A stretch of 50,409 nucleotides of DNA from Perkinsus olseni (Eukaryota), in the NCBI GenBank assembly GCA_013115125.1, contig JABANN010000229.1:1-50409 (forward strand), given 5' to 3'. The notes beneath the pieces were generated by a model. That model worked only from the letters and a program-made list of their open reading frames with translations. It ran no database searches and was not told where the DNA came from. The position numbers were made by a program, and so were the translations under genes. Positions 1 to 12,220 of the stretch are shown here, one piece after another (the first letter of the stretch is position 1; the number at the start of each line of letters is the position of its first letter).

Positions 1-181
1 TGAGACCATTCTCGCTCGCCCGACCGAATCACTTCCGCTGTAGTTGACCCTAGCCTCTATCGAGACTCTCCATCATAGTGATACCCAGAGGCTCCTCGTG
101 TAAACCAGCCAGGTAGTTAAGGCCAAGATTAACGAGAGTAAAGACAGGGTGTTTCGAGAGACGCCGCGATTACGAACAGCT

Positions 182-598
182 GTTAATAAAATATTAACTA
201 GGCAAGCAGGCGCTACAGGCAGCCGGTATGAGGCTCCGCGGCGAAGCCGTCCCGTATGATACGGGCCTTATCACACAGCTGCATAACTCTTTCAGCGACG
301 AGTCAGTGCGGCGGCCGCACTGCGGCCCTTGAGCATGTGTGCGCAGCTGATCATCAGGTGCTGATGCACGCGTGCCACGACCATTTCAGTGTGCGCGTCA
401 GTACATGTCGCACCTCACCGTGAGTGACTCACGGGTTTCGAGAATTATGAGTCATGATTCATGACTTGCAAGAATCCGTCGACGGCTTCGGATTTTCCGA
501 ATCGGAAAAAACACGGCCCCCCGAAGAAAACCAGGAGTCTTAGTCTGAGACCCCCCCCCCCCCAGACTCTCAGGTACTAGGAACATCTCTGTTCCTAG
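182..598. repeat. Palindrome-dense non-coding block with a C13 run
   Basis: Perfect inverted repeats at 182-198, 251-265, 304-322, 418-434, 450-466, 476-485, 493-509 and 577-598. C13 run at 551-563. Confidence 0.7.
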
Positions 599-1191
599 GA
601 ACGTCTTATTATAACAGGCAACCAAAATGTAAATTATTACCCTTCCTGGACTCCTCGCGAACAAATAGGCTCACCTTCTACGCCCACTGCAGCGTTCAAG
701 GCCATCCTACCCTCCTCGACAGCATAGACTCTACTCACCCTTCTTGAACTCGTTACCGCAGGCTTCAATAAGGACGCGAGAGTTCGGAGAGCACAACCAA
801 TAGTAACGCTGTCGACTCAGCACTCTCCGCCATGCTCACTCAAAAGGTACAGGCTTCTCACGGAGCTGACAAACCAAATCACTGTACACAGAGAATCCCC
901 ACCCACAACAGCGTTTTCGGAAGAACAAGTCCAGCAAGGTTAATACGCTCTCTGGGGAATCTAGGGTCCATCCAGCCCAGGGTGCCAATCAGACCATACT
1001 ACTTCCAGTAGCCTGTTGTCGGACAAACCGAGATGAGCCGGGCACGAAAAAAACGTAGAAAAGATAACGAGCCAAAATGCACGCTCCAATTGACAAACTT
1101 CGAACGCAGGAGAACAGTAGTTCGCATCAGCAGAAACTTTTCCGGTGCGAAGATTTATAACACGTTTTTGATGCCACGATGGGCGCCTGTA

Positions 1192-1678
1192 CTATCTCCT
1201 CTTAAAGCCGTATTTCTTTCTTTCATAGAACATGTCCGTCTTGGCCGACCCCAAGTTTATGATCTTCGGACATCCGTCACGCTGAAGACAGAAAATGAAG
1301 GGAAACTCCCAAACCACGACCGCCGTTATTACATCCTTCTCGCATTGACAGCACTCCTTGCAGTAGTAAGCGTCAGAGATACCCGTCCCTCCACAAATGA
1401 CACACCTGAATTTCGGATGTGCCTTCGGAATGGACAACCTCGGAAGAAAACCTACCTTCCTTGGTAGCTGCCGTAATTGCACTCATCGCAAATCTTCACC
1501 AAAGTGGATGGTCGGACGTACGAGTCGCAGATTACGCATTTTCCATCGCACCTAATGGAAGGTTGACTGAATCCAAGACTAGACTCCTCTAAAATCCGTA
1601 GTACTTTTCACAAAGTCGGCCGATGGCAATGCCGGGCTGCTTCCTACACATGACGAGATCTGGATGATGCTTCGCCAT
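1192..1678 (-). CDS. PHF5A: PHD finger-like splicing factor PHF5A/Rds3 (SF3b subunit), 4 exons, 110 aa
   Basis: Exons 1678-1605, 1551-1456, 1405-1333 and 1281-1192 are joined by 50-53 nt GT-AG introns. They give [39 protein letters not shown]...[29 protein letters not shown], which matches the highly conserved PHF5A sequence. Confidence 0.97.
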
Positions 1679-1790
1679 TGTTAGCAAAGAGAAGCTGACG
1701 AAAATGGGTGATAGTGACGCCTCCGTCACTCGCCAGGAAATCCCTCGACGATATTTTGGAGTTTACCATCACTAACGCAAAGAGTTCAAC

Positions 1791-2851
1791 ATGTGGGAGC
1801 TCACTGTGAACTTGAGTGGAATTGTGTGCGTTGTGAAAGCTGAGGAAATAGAAGGGCAGTCAAGTGCGCAAGATTTCGAGCTCGTCTACTCCCGCGCTTC
1901 CTTAAACTCAGGCGTCTTCTTCCACGACTAGATTCATGTTCACCCATTCGTTCAGACCTCCACCGAGAACAGGTAAGTACCGGGCCTTCGTATTCGGATC
2001 ACTACACGCCTGCGTTCGTTAAAGCAGCACTTCCAGCCGGCCGTGATTTTGTTGGTGCTTCCCCACCGTACTCGTCATTCAACCCTCAGCAGCCTTACCT
2101 CGCCCTCATGCGCCTACGTGCTTCGGTTTCTCAGGGGTTTCTTCCGGTGGCATGGGAAGTCCGTGGAAGCCGATGGCTCGAGCCGTCTACATGCACAGTC
2201 CAGCCTTGCCCATAGACGCACGCAAAACCCTCAACGCTGCTGGTAACCGCTGATAACATTTCGCTCGCTCATCTATCGTAGCAGAGACCCGACCCCACGA
2301 GATACTCGGCTACGATATCCCCTTCATAATGGCCCTACCACAACATCAGCAATTCGCCACAATTTCCTCTGCCGAAGGGATTGGCACCAGCGGGAGGCCA
2401 CCCCTCCCACAGTCTCACCAGCAACCCCAAGGCAGTCTTAGTGCAAGAGGGCCTCGCTCCAGGTGAGCTTCATGAAGCGCTCACCTCTCATCGCTCTGTT
2501 CTCAGTCTTCCGGGAGTACCACGCGTCTCCTTGGTAGTCGACCCGTACCAGGTAGGGCCGAAGTTGCCGCAGCTTCTTCGACTGGATGGCCCTGTGCAGG
2601 CCCTCACCACCGAGGGAATGCTCACTTCGCGAACTTCGATCTTCGCCAGCACCCCCGCCACCCCCGTCCTCGCTCGCTCTTTGCCAAACTCGACAGCTCA
2701 ATCGCACCAAGCGCCGTTCCTTTCCCCGTCCGGCCTCGACTACAGGGTGAGTCCTCGACACCTATTGAAGAACTCGATGTTATCACAGGTGGCCCTTCCA
2801 ACCCCAAGAGCCGTTTCCGCAGCGTTCAACCCCTCTAGCAGCTCAGCTTGA
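1791..2851 (+). CDS. Hypothetical multi-exon protein divergent from PHF5A (boundaries approximate)
   Basis: ATG at 1791, several short GT-AG-bounded segments and a 156-aa terminal ORF at 2381-2851. No recognisable domain. Confidence 0.3.
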
Positions 2852-3052
2852 TTTTCGACACTGCTGCTTGTACCGTTCGTTGGTCATGTATTCCCGTTAC
2901 GATGTGTGATCATGCATTAACTGCATAGCCACGATGCTGTTCATCAGAAAGCTCACAACACTGTTGTGTTTTACCTCTCCACTCGGCGATAAACTCAAGA
3001 ATACTCGGCGGAATAGCGGCTACGAGGTCATGCTCGAAAATTGATTAATTCG

Positions 3053-4870
3053 TTACTCTATCATATCTGTTGAGTCGCCTACAGTGGCTCCTCCACGGTA
3101 CTCCTCTAACTCGCCGAGTAAGGCATCCTGTAGAAAAGAAACGATCATCTACTCGGACGAGACGGCAGGCTCTCACCCTCTCGAGCGTTAATTCTTCAAC
3201 TCGTAACTTGAGTTTCTCAGTGGGTCCACCCTCGCTTCGACGCCTCTCCTCAGCGTGGGTCGACACGCTGTCCTACGAAAATAAGACACTCCGTAGATGC
3301 CGTGGGTCGAGCTAAGGATTTATGGTTCGATTCAAGGAAAATCCGAGGTACCGCCTGAACGCACCCCCGCTCACCGCGAATTCTCTGGTGATCTCCTCAA
3401 TCCGCTGGTTGAATGTCTCGGACATTCGATCACGCTCGGCCAAGTGGTCCTAAGCCGGACCTGTTCACTGGAAGGAGGAAGATACATCTGATCACCTGCT
3501 GGTCTCTGATGATCTTGTTCTTCAAAGCATTGACCTCGGCATGAAGGCGAGCCGTCTCTCGCGCATGTGCTTCATTTTTAACTCGCAAATCTGCAGCCTC
3601 GCCTCGAGCCTACGGCAGAGAGCTGAGAGCGCGTCAAGCCTCTGCGACCCGACCTTCTGCTCGGACTCGAGAGCCTGCTTATGTGCGCCTACAAGAGCTT
3701 CATATCTAGCAGCAGAAGCAAGCAACACCGTGCTTGGCGGCTGACCTGAAGAGCGGCCCTCCCTGAATTCGGGAATGCCAGTTAGACTCACTGTCCAGCC
3801 CTTCAAGCTGGGCCTTGAACAAGTCTCTCTGTTCTGTCAAGTTCTTCACGAGGCGAGTTGAAGTGAGCACATCCTCTGCAAATGCAAGGTGGGACTCCAT
3901 CGCAAAAGGAGCAACGAGCAGTTACCATTACCAATAACAGCACTCGATCAGTTACAACCGCTATTCACCATGAGTTTGATAGTGGAATTTTCGTGAACTC
4001 ACCATCCTTGACTTTCAACTGTGTTTCCAGCCTTGCAATCTTATTCTTGGCCCCTTCAAGCTTCGACTCGTAGTCGCGAATGCGAACGCGAAGGGTCTGC
4101 TAATAGCAGCCATGGCCGAGCAAGGCAGTCTCAGACAGCAGCTCTCGCGGGATTACGTTGTTCTCGTCGCTGATCTTCGCGGCTTTCTTCAAACTTTCTT
4201 GCTCTCCCTTAATCGTGCTCTCAAGCTCTCTAATGTTCTCCTCAAGCTCAGCTATCTCCACCGCGTGCTTCTTCGCTAACTGAAATACAGATCCTTCGCA
4301 GTGTTCAAGCAGTCGGCGGGGCATCCGACATCGTCGACTCTTTTCTGAACGAGTGTCCTCGTTTTGGCTCTTTCAGCGGCGAGGGCGATTCTAAAGTGAA
4401 AGGGCAAACAAGAAAGATCACTTCACTTGAGAAGACCATCTACTACTTTCCAGCCTCTATCTCTTTGATAGCTCTCTCGAGTTTCTCATCCTTCTCTGCC
4501 AACAGGCTCTCCGGATCCTTCGCTGGAGGGGGAGAGTCGGCAGCTGCCTTAACTTTCGGTGAAGGAGAGCCCTGCGCGGCAAAAGCAAGCCAACGCAGGC
4601 AACTCTCAAGCCTTCAATGCTCAAGCCAGATGCAACCGTATGATACTCAGAAGAACAGCAAACCCATGAAGAAAAATGCCGAAAGTTTCCAGCATCAGTT
4701 ATAATTCTCAAGTAGAGGTACCGAAACAAATATTCTGTGCTAAACACTCACCTTTGCAGCTGATGCTCTCGGCAAGCGCAGCTTACTCCCGTCCAGGCTC
4801 AGGCGGCTGGAATCTCGCCTGAATCGCTGTACATCAGATGGTCGACCTGAAGGGACTCTCACTATGCAGC
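3053..4870 (-). CDS. Multi-exon coiled-coil protein of unknown function (5' end uncertain)
   Basis: Successive E/K/L-rich heptad exons flanked by splice signals, e.g. LAEKDEKLERAIKEIE, AVEIAELEENIRELESTIKGEQESLKK, IRDYESKLEGAKNKIARLETQLK and LDALSALCRRLEARLQ. The last exon ends DMIE-TAA at 3053. Confidence 0.55.
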
Positions 4871-5261
4871 AGATCCTAGAGTATTTAAAATTTAAGTTTT
4901 GCGAATTCTAAGCGCTTATAAAGGAAAACATTCACTCCCATAGACGGTGTGCGAGATTTGGTATATCCCATGCCTAATGACCTCACGAAGAAGGTGCATC
5001 GACGCGTGCAACTCGCGGGAAGAGCAACCGAAAGAGTGTACAAGTATCATGCAAAAACACCGTTGGAACTGCGAAGACGGCGACCATACCACGAATGACG
5101 ACAGCTGGAGGGCCGAGAATCCTGTTAGGCTTCTGAGCCTCCGAGAAGAATAATCTACTGCAGAAACCGGGGTCGATGGCAGCTTCCTACACTCTAAGGC
5201 GACTAGCCGCTCTAGCAGTTGTAATCGGCTCCGTCAGAGGCGAACTGATTAATCTCTATCA

Positions 5262-6650
5262 CTAAATGATAAGTACTGCTTCGGCAGCAGTGCTTTCGGT
5301 AGAGCCAATGGGAAACTGTCTAAAGTGTCCTTCTCGCTTGTTAACGTGTCGTAAGTAGGGAGTGGTGATATTGTTCGAGAACGCCCAGAACTGGACACTG
5401 CCTTCTCTGACGTAACGCAACTTTGTGCTGAACTGCTGCTTTAAGTATTTGGACAGATCGCCCTGAGAGGGGGAGGGTAAACGTCTCCCTACTGCTGCGT
5501 TGACTCTCCCTGGTAACCGGAGTTCTCTGCAGTACATATTGTGTGAACTGTCCCATTCATCAACTGCTGAAGGTCACCGGTCAGCCTAGACGGTCTAACT
5601 TCCTGTTCCCTAGGTCTCCCTCTCCTCAAACTTCTGTATTCTTCATGATCAGTCACGTATGAATTATCCCTGATATTGACTCTAAGCGTAACTTACATAA
5701 TGTTGCACACAAGTTAGATGGATGTGACCCGCCGCTCTAACCATGAAGCGTTAAGACACAAGGTTCATAGTCGTAATAATATGTGTCGTGGTTCATGATA
5801 ATGGATCCCATATAGTTCTGTCATCGACAGACGGTAGTTATGTGGGGTCCCCAGAGCGGATAGATGAGAACCCGACTTGTATGGCCCGCCTAACTTTACA
5901 TAACATGACCCATGCGTGATCCCGCTGGTTCGGCATACCATGTTCGTGACCGAACCGATAGGAAGACGCCTGCTGTGTGTGCCGGGTCCAGACTTCCCTA
6001 TGATACCTCCTGGCAACCACATCGACCGGTTTGGGATCAGTTAGCTCGTGGCCGGCAGTGCCGACGCCGCGCCCGATCATCAACAGAATCCCAACCAGAA
6101 GGAAGTCCGCAGTCAACTAGGACGGGTGGTCTCATGCTAGCTCAGCGCTATGCGATCGACTAACAAGCTCTTAGTTACAATATAGACGAGGCCTGCCCAC
6201 AGCGGAGAGCCCGTAGCACACGGAGAAAACACTCAGGAACCTTGAAGTTTGGCCGATCGTGGAGCATTGGGTGAACAGTCGCTCCCTTATGAAAAGCTCC
6301 GGGTAGAACCAGCTATTATCATGATGACAAATTCTGGTATGCAATGCGGTGCCACTCAACGCGGTTAGTAAGGCACAGAGCTCCGCGTCACGGTAATGCT
6401 CATGCTCCTTACTTGAGCTATCTGGGTATCTTTGGGGAGGCCGTCTAGGTTCCGGCGTCACCACCGCGGGAGCGGGAGAAGTCGCTTCCGGAGTCGACTG
6501 ACTGGCCGTGCCCTTTGGCGTAGCCGTGGTGGCGAGACCTACCAAAGAATGAAAGATTAAACACCTCAACTTGAAGTGACTTCTCATCCCTAAGCCCATC
6601 TGCAACCCAGTCGATCCCCGCAGGCTCCGTAGAGAACTAGCATGCTGCAT
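5262..6650 (-). CDS. One or two small hypothetical, possibly secreted proteins
   Basis: ORFs 6171-6650 and 5838-6116 start with hydrophobic signal-like segments (LRCLIFHSLVGLATT; FLLVGILLMIGRGVG) followed by T/P-rich sequence. Exon structure not resolved. Confidence 0.3.
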
Positions 6651-7499
6651 GCCGGCTTAACGTGATATTCAGTTCGCGATATAACAGATATAACAGATAT
6701 ATATCGTGATATAACAGGCTCATCGGTGGAGAGAAGAAGGTATCCACTCACTACTCAGGTGATTGATATCTTCCCGCTGAGCCTGGCATCCCAGTGCTTC
6801 CATTTGGCTGATGCAAAGACCGTTCTGACGTCGAATCACGTCCATACGATCCGCGGAGGTTGTTGTTTCGATAGCAGCATTTGTCATTGAACAGCAGCAA
6901 TCGGAGTGCCCCTCACTGAGCCTACCAACTACCCAACTAGGTGACAACATGGGAACGGCAGGCCGCAGTTGAAGACTGGCAATCTAAGACTGCAGCCTCC
7001 AACAGTTTCAGATCTGCCTGTAACATACAGTGAGGGTCAGGGGCACAGGATATGCTTCCCACGGTAGTACTGTCGGCTATCGTCAGAAGTAACGGGAAAC
7101 GCCCAACGTCGTGGAGCCTCTGACGAAGCTCTCCCAATTGAATGAGAAGGTGAATTCTGATTTGAATACACGCCCTGTATACCCCATCTATAAAGAAGAC
7201 CATCGTAGACCCAAACTACGAAGCGGACTCGCTGGGAACAATGATATTCCTGATCTCATGCACTTCGTATGGGACGTGAAATGGCGCCACTGATCGCTGC
7301 CGAGTCGACAACGACTACCCTGAATTGATCAACTGATGCAGCAATTCTCGTATTTTCATATTAGAAACAGTCAGGCAACTTAGCGAGGTTGTAGTCATAG
7401 CTAGTCCCGAAGGGTCATCTAAGCTGGGCAATCCACTGCGGGAGCGTACACACAAAGGTTTCATTTCGGAACAACGAGATAACGATTCATTCATAGTGC

Positions 7500-10400
7500 T
7501 TATCTACGTCAACTATAGGAGCACTCCTTCAAGAGGGCCTTCAGCAAGCCACTCAGTGAGGTTGTTGATGGCTTCTCCAGTGGAGGACTGAACAGAGCAA
7601 AGCCATCAGCACCACTCTCGCTCGTATGCGATATGGAAAGACACGAACACATCCCTGAAAGATCCCGGTCATCGAGACTCACCTCAGAAGACTGGTACAC
7701 ATCGAGTAGTTTGCGAGCTAAAGGAAAAGAGGATCAACAGTCACAACTAAGAGACGTCGTGGAGCAGAAGCGTGCCTCACCAAAATCATGTGCTAATTGG
7801 GGTTGTCCCCGGAGGCCTTCGACATCCAGCTTAGCAATATCAATTCTAAGATTCTCGCTGCCCGCCGCTTCCAGTGCTACGAGCTGCGCGAGACCCGCGT
7901 CGCAAAATCCACCAGCAAGAGCGCGTGTCCCTGAGAAAGAGGCAGCTTATGAAAGGCGAAGTTGCAGTAGAGACAATCTCCCTACAGCTAGAAGATTAAG
8001 CCCGCGCAAACGCATTCCTCCGTGCCCCTCAGGGGACTCTCTCAAGACGCCAGATGCGCTACTATTGGCCCTCACACCGCGGCCGCCAACTGAAACGGGC
8101 AGCTCGACTGGTCTATTTCCCGCGTATGATGATAGAAGATGCGATATCAACACTAAGAGTCTAGCGCTCCTAAGCCACTACTTTAAGGCACAAGAAGTCA
8201 GTCAGGCCGCAATCGACGATGGGCACGGCGATCCAGTATCAGTCGTGTGATGGTCGATGTAAATCAGAAGCAACTTACTGGCACCGGTGTTCCAGATCAC
8301 ACCCTGATCATCACTCTCTGCCTTCAGCCCTTCCTCAGTCATCGCCTTCACCAACTCATCTGAGACAACACGCCATGACAAGCTGCTTGTCATTCCCGTA
8401 TCACAGTACTCTCCACTCGATCCAGAATGCAGCGCTTACCAGCAGTCTCTCTCGGAGCGCCGTCCTTAACCGTGGAGAATGACGCCACGGGCAGCTCGAT
8501 GTCTTCAGCGACACCACTGCACCATTGCGGTTGCTGCTGCTCTGGAACCTCCGACGAGGGTCGCGCCTCTTGTGGCTCTGGCACAAGTCCTGGTGGAGCC
8601 GTAGGAGACTTGCATACAGCGTTTCCCTCAGGCCCATCATCAGGCTTCGCTGAGGAGCCCGCAGATTCTGAGAACAATGAGGAGCACTGGAACACTAAGT
8701 GCGAGCGAACCAGGCAGCAATTGTCACGGGCCGCAAGTGACTAGATGGCCATTACCTTCTCGATACTCCGAGCTCAGCAACGGACTGGTGTACTCAGCAT
8801 CCATAGTCTCCTGTCGGCTCATCTCAACCAGATCAGAGGCACTCGAGAGGAGAAGCTCTGACTTCTTGACCTCGCTCGAATCGTCAACCTCATACGCCGG
8901 GCTAGCATCGATAGCAGCCGCTGCCTGCGGTATCGGGGTAGCTTCTCTGATTACTACAGAGACGACGGTTCACCCCGCCATGCCAAGCGCGAAGACTTCT
9001 ATTTACCTTCGGTCTCCTCCTGACCAACTTGACACGGCGCTTCCTCATCTTTACTATGCCGGGGCGAGTCCTCAGCGTTCTCGGCTTCAATGGGGCCCGA
9101 ACCCCGAGGTATGGTCGAGGGTGGCGGCGGCCTCGAGTGCTCGAAAACCGGGGCGACTGGTTGAGCCCGAGGAAGTTGTTCGGCAGGTTCGTTCGGTTGT
9201 GTATCTAATCACCATAACCCCCAGTACTGCATCAACAAGCACTCGACGCCAGACTAGAAACAACTCCGAGCAGCATGAAGCAAAATTCTACGACCGAGGA
9301 GGAGAGGCGGGGAATATCACAGCCAACGAATACCGCAATGGCGATCATCTAAAATCAAGAGTGAGGCAGTCAAACTCCAAAGAACAGCTTGCTCTCTTGC
9401 TCTATCTTGCGATTCCTCAACGCTACATCTTACCCTTCACTGTATCCTCATATCTTTGCTCCCTCAGTGGCATATCTACGGCTGCACCATAGGACATGTC
9501 ATTGCTGCTGAGCAGATCGACCTCATTGCTTGATACCGCAGCCGCACCAGACCTGACCGTTGAATGCGAGATGGGATCCACAGCGACCCCCTACGTCCTA
9601 ATGTGTGGCGCAGTCGTCGGTATCACAGCTTTCGGGGTGCTTGTTGCGCTCGACCTCCGAAGGCGATCTTGATCGGCCCTCTCCAGCCAGCTGAGTCTCT
9701 CACTGACGCTGGTAAGGGCCGACATCAAAGTCACGTTCTGCGCCTTGACCTCCGCGACGTCATGGCCGAGCTTCTGTAGAGTTGAGTAAAGACTCGCGAA
9801 ACGCTGAGCGAGCACCAGCATGACGAGATCCATCAGCGGGCACGTCAGAGCCTACCGAGGAGATTGCGGAGATGGTTTCCTCGTTGTGAGCCTTCATATC
9901 GTTGTAAGTCGGGGCCTCCTGCACTTGCCTCTGAAAAGCCATCGGTACAGTGGCGGAAGATCGTGCAGCTACAAGAATCGGTCAACGCGAGGCCCAGCCG
10001 ACGACAAGTCCCAGCGGTTGCTAGCACATTGAGCACCCCGGCGTATTAAACTTCTTCCGGCGAATGATTGAAAGATGTACAACGCTTACGACCTATCCGG
10101 TGGCTGCAGAAGCCCTCTCCACCCATTACTACCGTTAATTGCATCAAGTGCGTCTGTATGCTATCCAGCTTATTGCCCTGAAATCGACAACGTCAACTGA
10201 GCTCACCACGAGCACCTCGTGGCCTACGTCCTGTTCGAACCGCTGCTGGATGAAGCGAGCACTGCTCTTCGTCTCTGAGAGATTCTCCACTAGATGCGCC
10301 TGAGCAACGGCGTGATCGAGGCGCGTCCGACCACCTTTGCTGCACTCACCTCGTTGTCGCTGCAGTACCTCGTGACAGTCTGAACGAGAACATTGGTGAC

Positions 10401-10600
10401 CACACCGATCCGACGAAACTGATGGTCAACTTACATCCAGTTTCGACAGGCTTTTCATGAGGTCGTGCTGGACCTCAGCGTTGAGGCTCATATTCTCAAT
10501 CACTCGGCCCTCGGTTTTCTAAAGGCGAGAAACCAAAGGTGTGGTACGACGAGAACCCTCGTTTCGGCGCATGGAGTGCTCTACTGAACTGATCACGTTA
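7500..10600 (-). CDS. Hypothetical multi-exon protein(s) with coiled-coil and S/P/E-rich segments (boundaries approximate)
   Basis: Coding-like segments such as LQKLGHDVAEVKAQNVTLMSALTSVSERLSWLERADQDRLRR (9591-9833) and ESAGSSAKPDDGPEG (8390-8695), with minus-strand splice signals. No family recognised. Confidence 0.3.
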
Positions 10601-11206
10601 GCGGAGGTTATACAACGACAGTGAGTCGAGTATGAGAAAAACCGGAGCTCCCGACATGTTGTAAGAAGCGGAAAAGGACGAGCGACGCAACGGCACTGCA
10701 CACCTAGAGGGAGCTCTAAAGGTCCAAGCACTAACCGTCAACCCGCTAGAGGGCCCAGGCCTCCCCTTCACCTACATGCATTCCAATCTCCAATGCATTG
10801 AGTAGCTGAGTCAAGCACTGCATGATGGCAGCCGTGCATTCTTCGGAGTGCTGATGGACATTGGAGGTCTGCTCGTAGATGTAGTGTAGGACATCCCGTC
10901 TCAGTGGCTCGTCGCTCTAACAACGCACAAGGTGAAGTCCAAGCAGACAAGACGAAGACGAATGGCATTGCATGGCATGGCATGGTAGCTCCTGGCCAAG
11001 GGCTCCAAGTATCATAAGCTCCTTGCTTGCGTACTACGCACTCGGCCGGCACCACTTTCCAACCCAGCCGATCATTATTCTAACAACCAGTCGCATGGAA
11101 GCTTTCATACGCCGTGACAAACGACGGTGCGCATCGGCATTTAGCGGCCATAAGCCGATGGAGCCTTTCAAAAGTATGAGATATTAGAAATCAATTAGAG
11201 ATCAGA

Positions 11207-11920
11207 TCATCCCAGACACCGAGATACGGATGAGCCACGAGATACATTCAACGCTGACGAAGTGCAAAGAAGAACCCTGCAGTTTTTACCGCCTCTCGCT
11301 GACCCCTCATAAGCCCCTACCTCGGGCTGCCTTGCTCTGTAATCCCTCGGTGGCAGTTCTCTATCCGAGGATTGAGTGCTGTACTGAGCATGAGAGTTCT
11401 GCGGCGGATAGGGTTGACGCCGAGGGGGAGGAGGTGGGGCCCGCGCGTAGTCATCGTGAGCCGGCATCTCATCCATGCGGGACATCTGCATCCGAACAAA
11501 ACAAAATCCCACCTGCTGACCTATCACGTATCTTGCACGCTCGACCGAAAGATATACAAATAAAACACACACTTTTCTCCGCAGCAGCTCACCGGCGGAG
11601 GCGGAGGCGGTCCTCCCATTGCTCCCCTCATTGACTGAGTAGGCGGGGACTTGGGGGATGGGCCCGGCGGCGGCGCCATCTGGCGATCAGCACCGTAGCT
11701 GTACTCCAGGCCTCCTCGAGCTGACGACATGACCTGTTGCGGGGCCATAGAAAAAAGCACAAGGCTGCCAACGGGGACAATGCCATCGCTTGACTGCTGT
11801 GAGTGGGCTTTGTCCCATACCGATCGGACCTGACCATCCACTTGAAGACTCTACGCAAAGCAAGACGGTTTGTGCGACAACTACCACTGGTACAAAGCTC
11901 AAAGGGTAACATCGGACATG
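11207..11920 (-). CDS. Proline-rich low-complexity hypothetical protein (multi-exon, approximate)
   Basis: Exon-like segments QMAPPPGPSPKSPPTQSMRGAMGGPPPPPP and HDDYARAPPPPPRRQPYPPQ, bounded by GT/AG. Confidence 0.4.
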
Positions 11921-12220
11921 ACTAACGTGGAGGCCGAAACCACCACATATTCACTCCGTTGAGGAATCGCAAGATTGCAAGACCCTGGTCACGGCCACTG
12001 CAATAGAGGCTCACTAGACTCGGGAGCATCATGAGCATCAGCCTCGTATTTTTCAACCTACAATCAGGAATCATTAGACTGATGATGATAGTTCCCTACC
12101 CGCTTGGATTCAGGGCTCCTGTGGACCTCATCAACTATAGGAGAAGAATCGACTCCTGAGAATAAACTACTGTATTGAGACAGGCGATCAGCCATAAAAC
12201 AGGGGCAGGCAAAGTCTAGT

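Noticed and set aside
6678-6717. GATATAACA short tandem repeat (and ATGGC repeats near 10962-10986)
   Set aside because: Ordinary micro/minisatellite slippage with no further structure.
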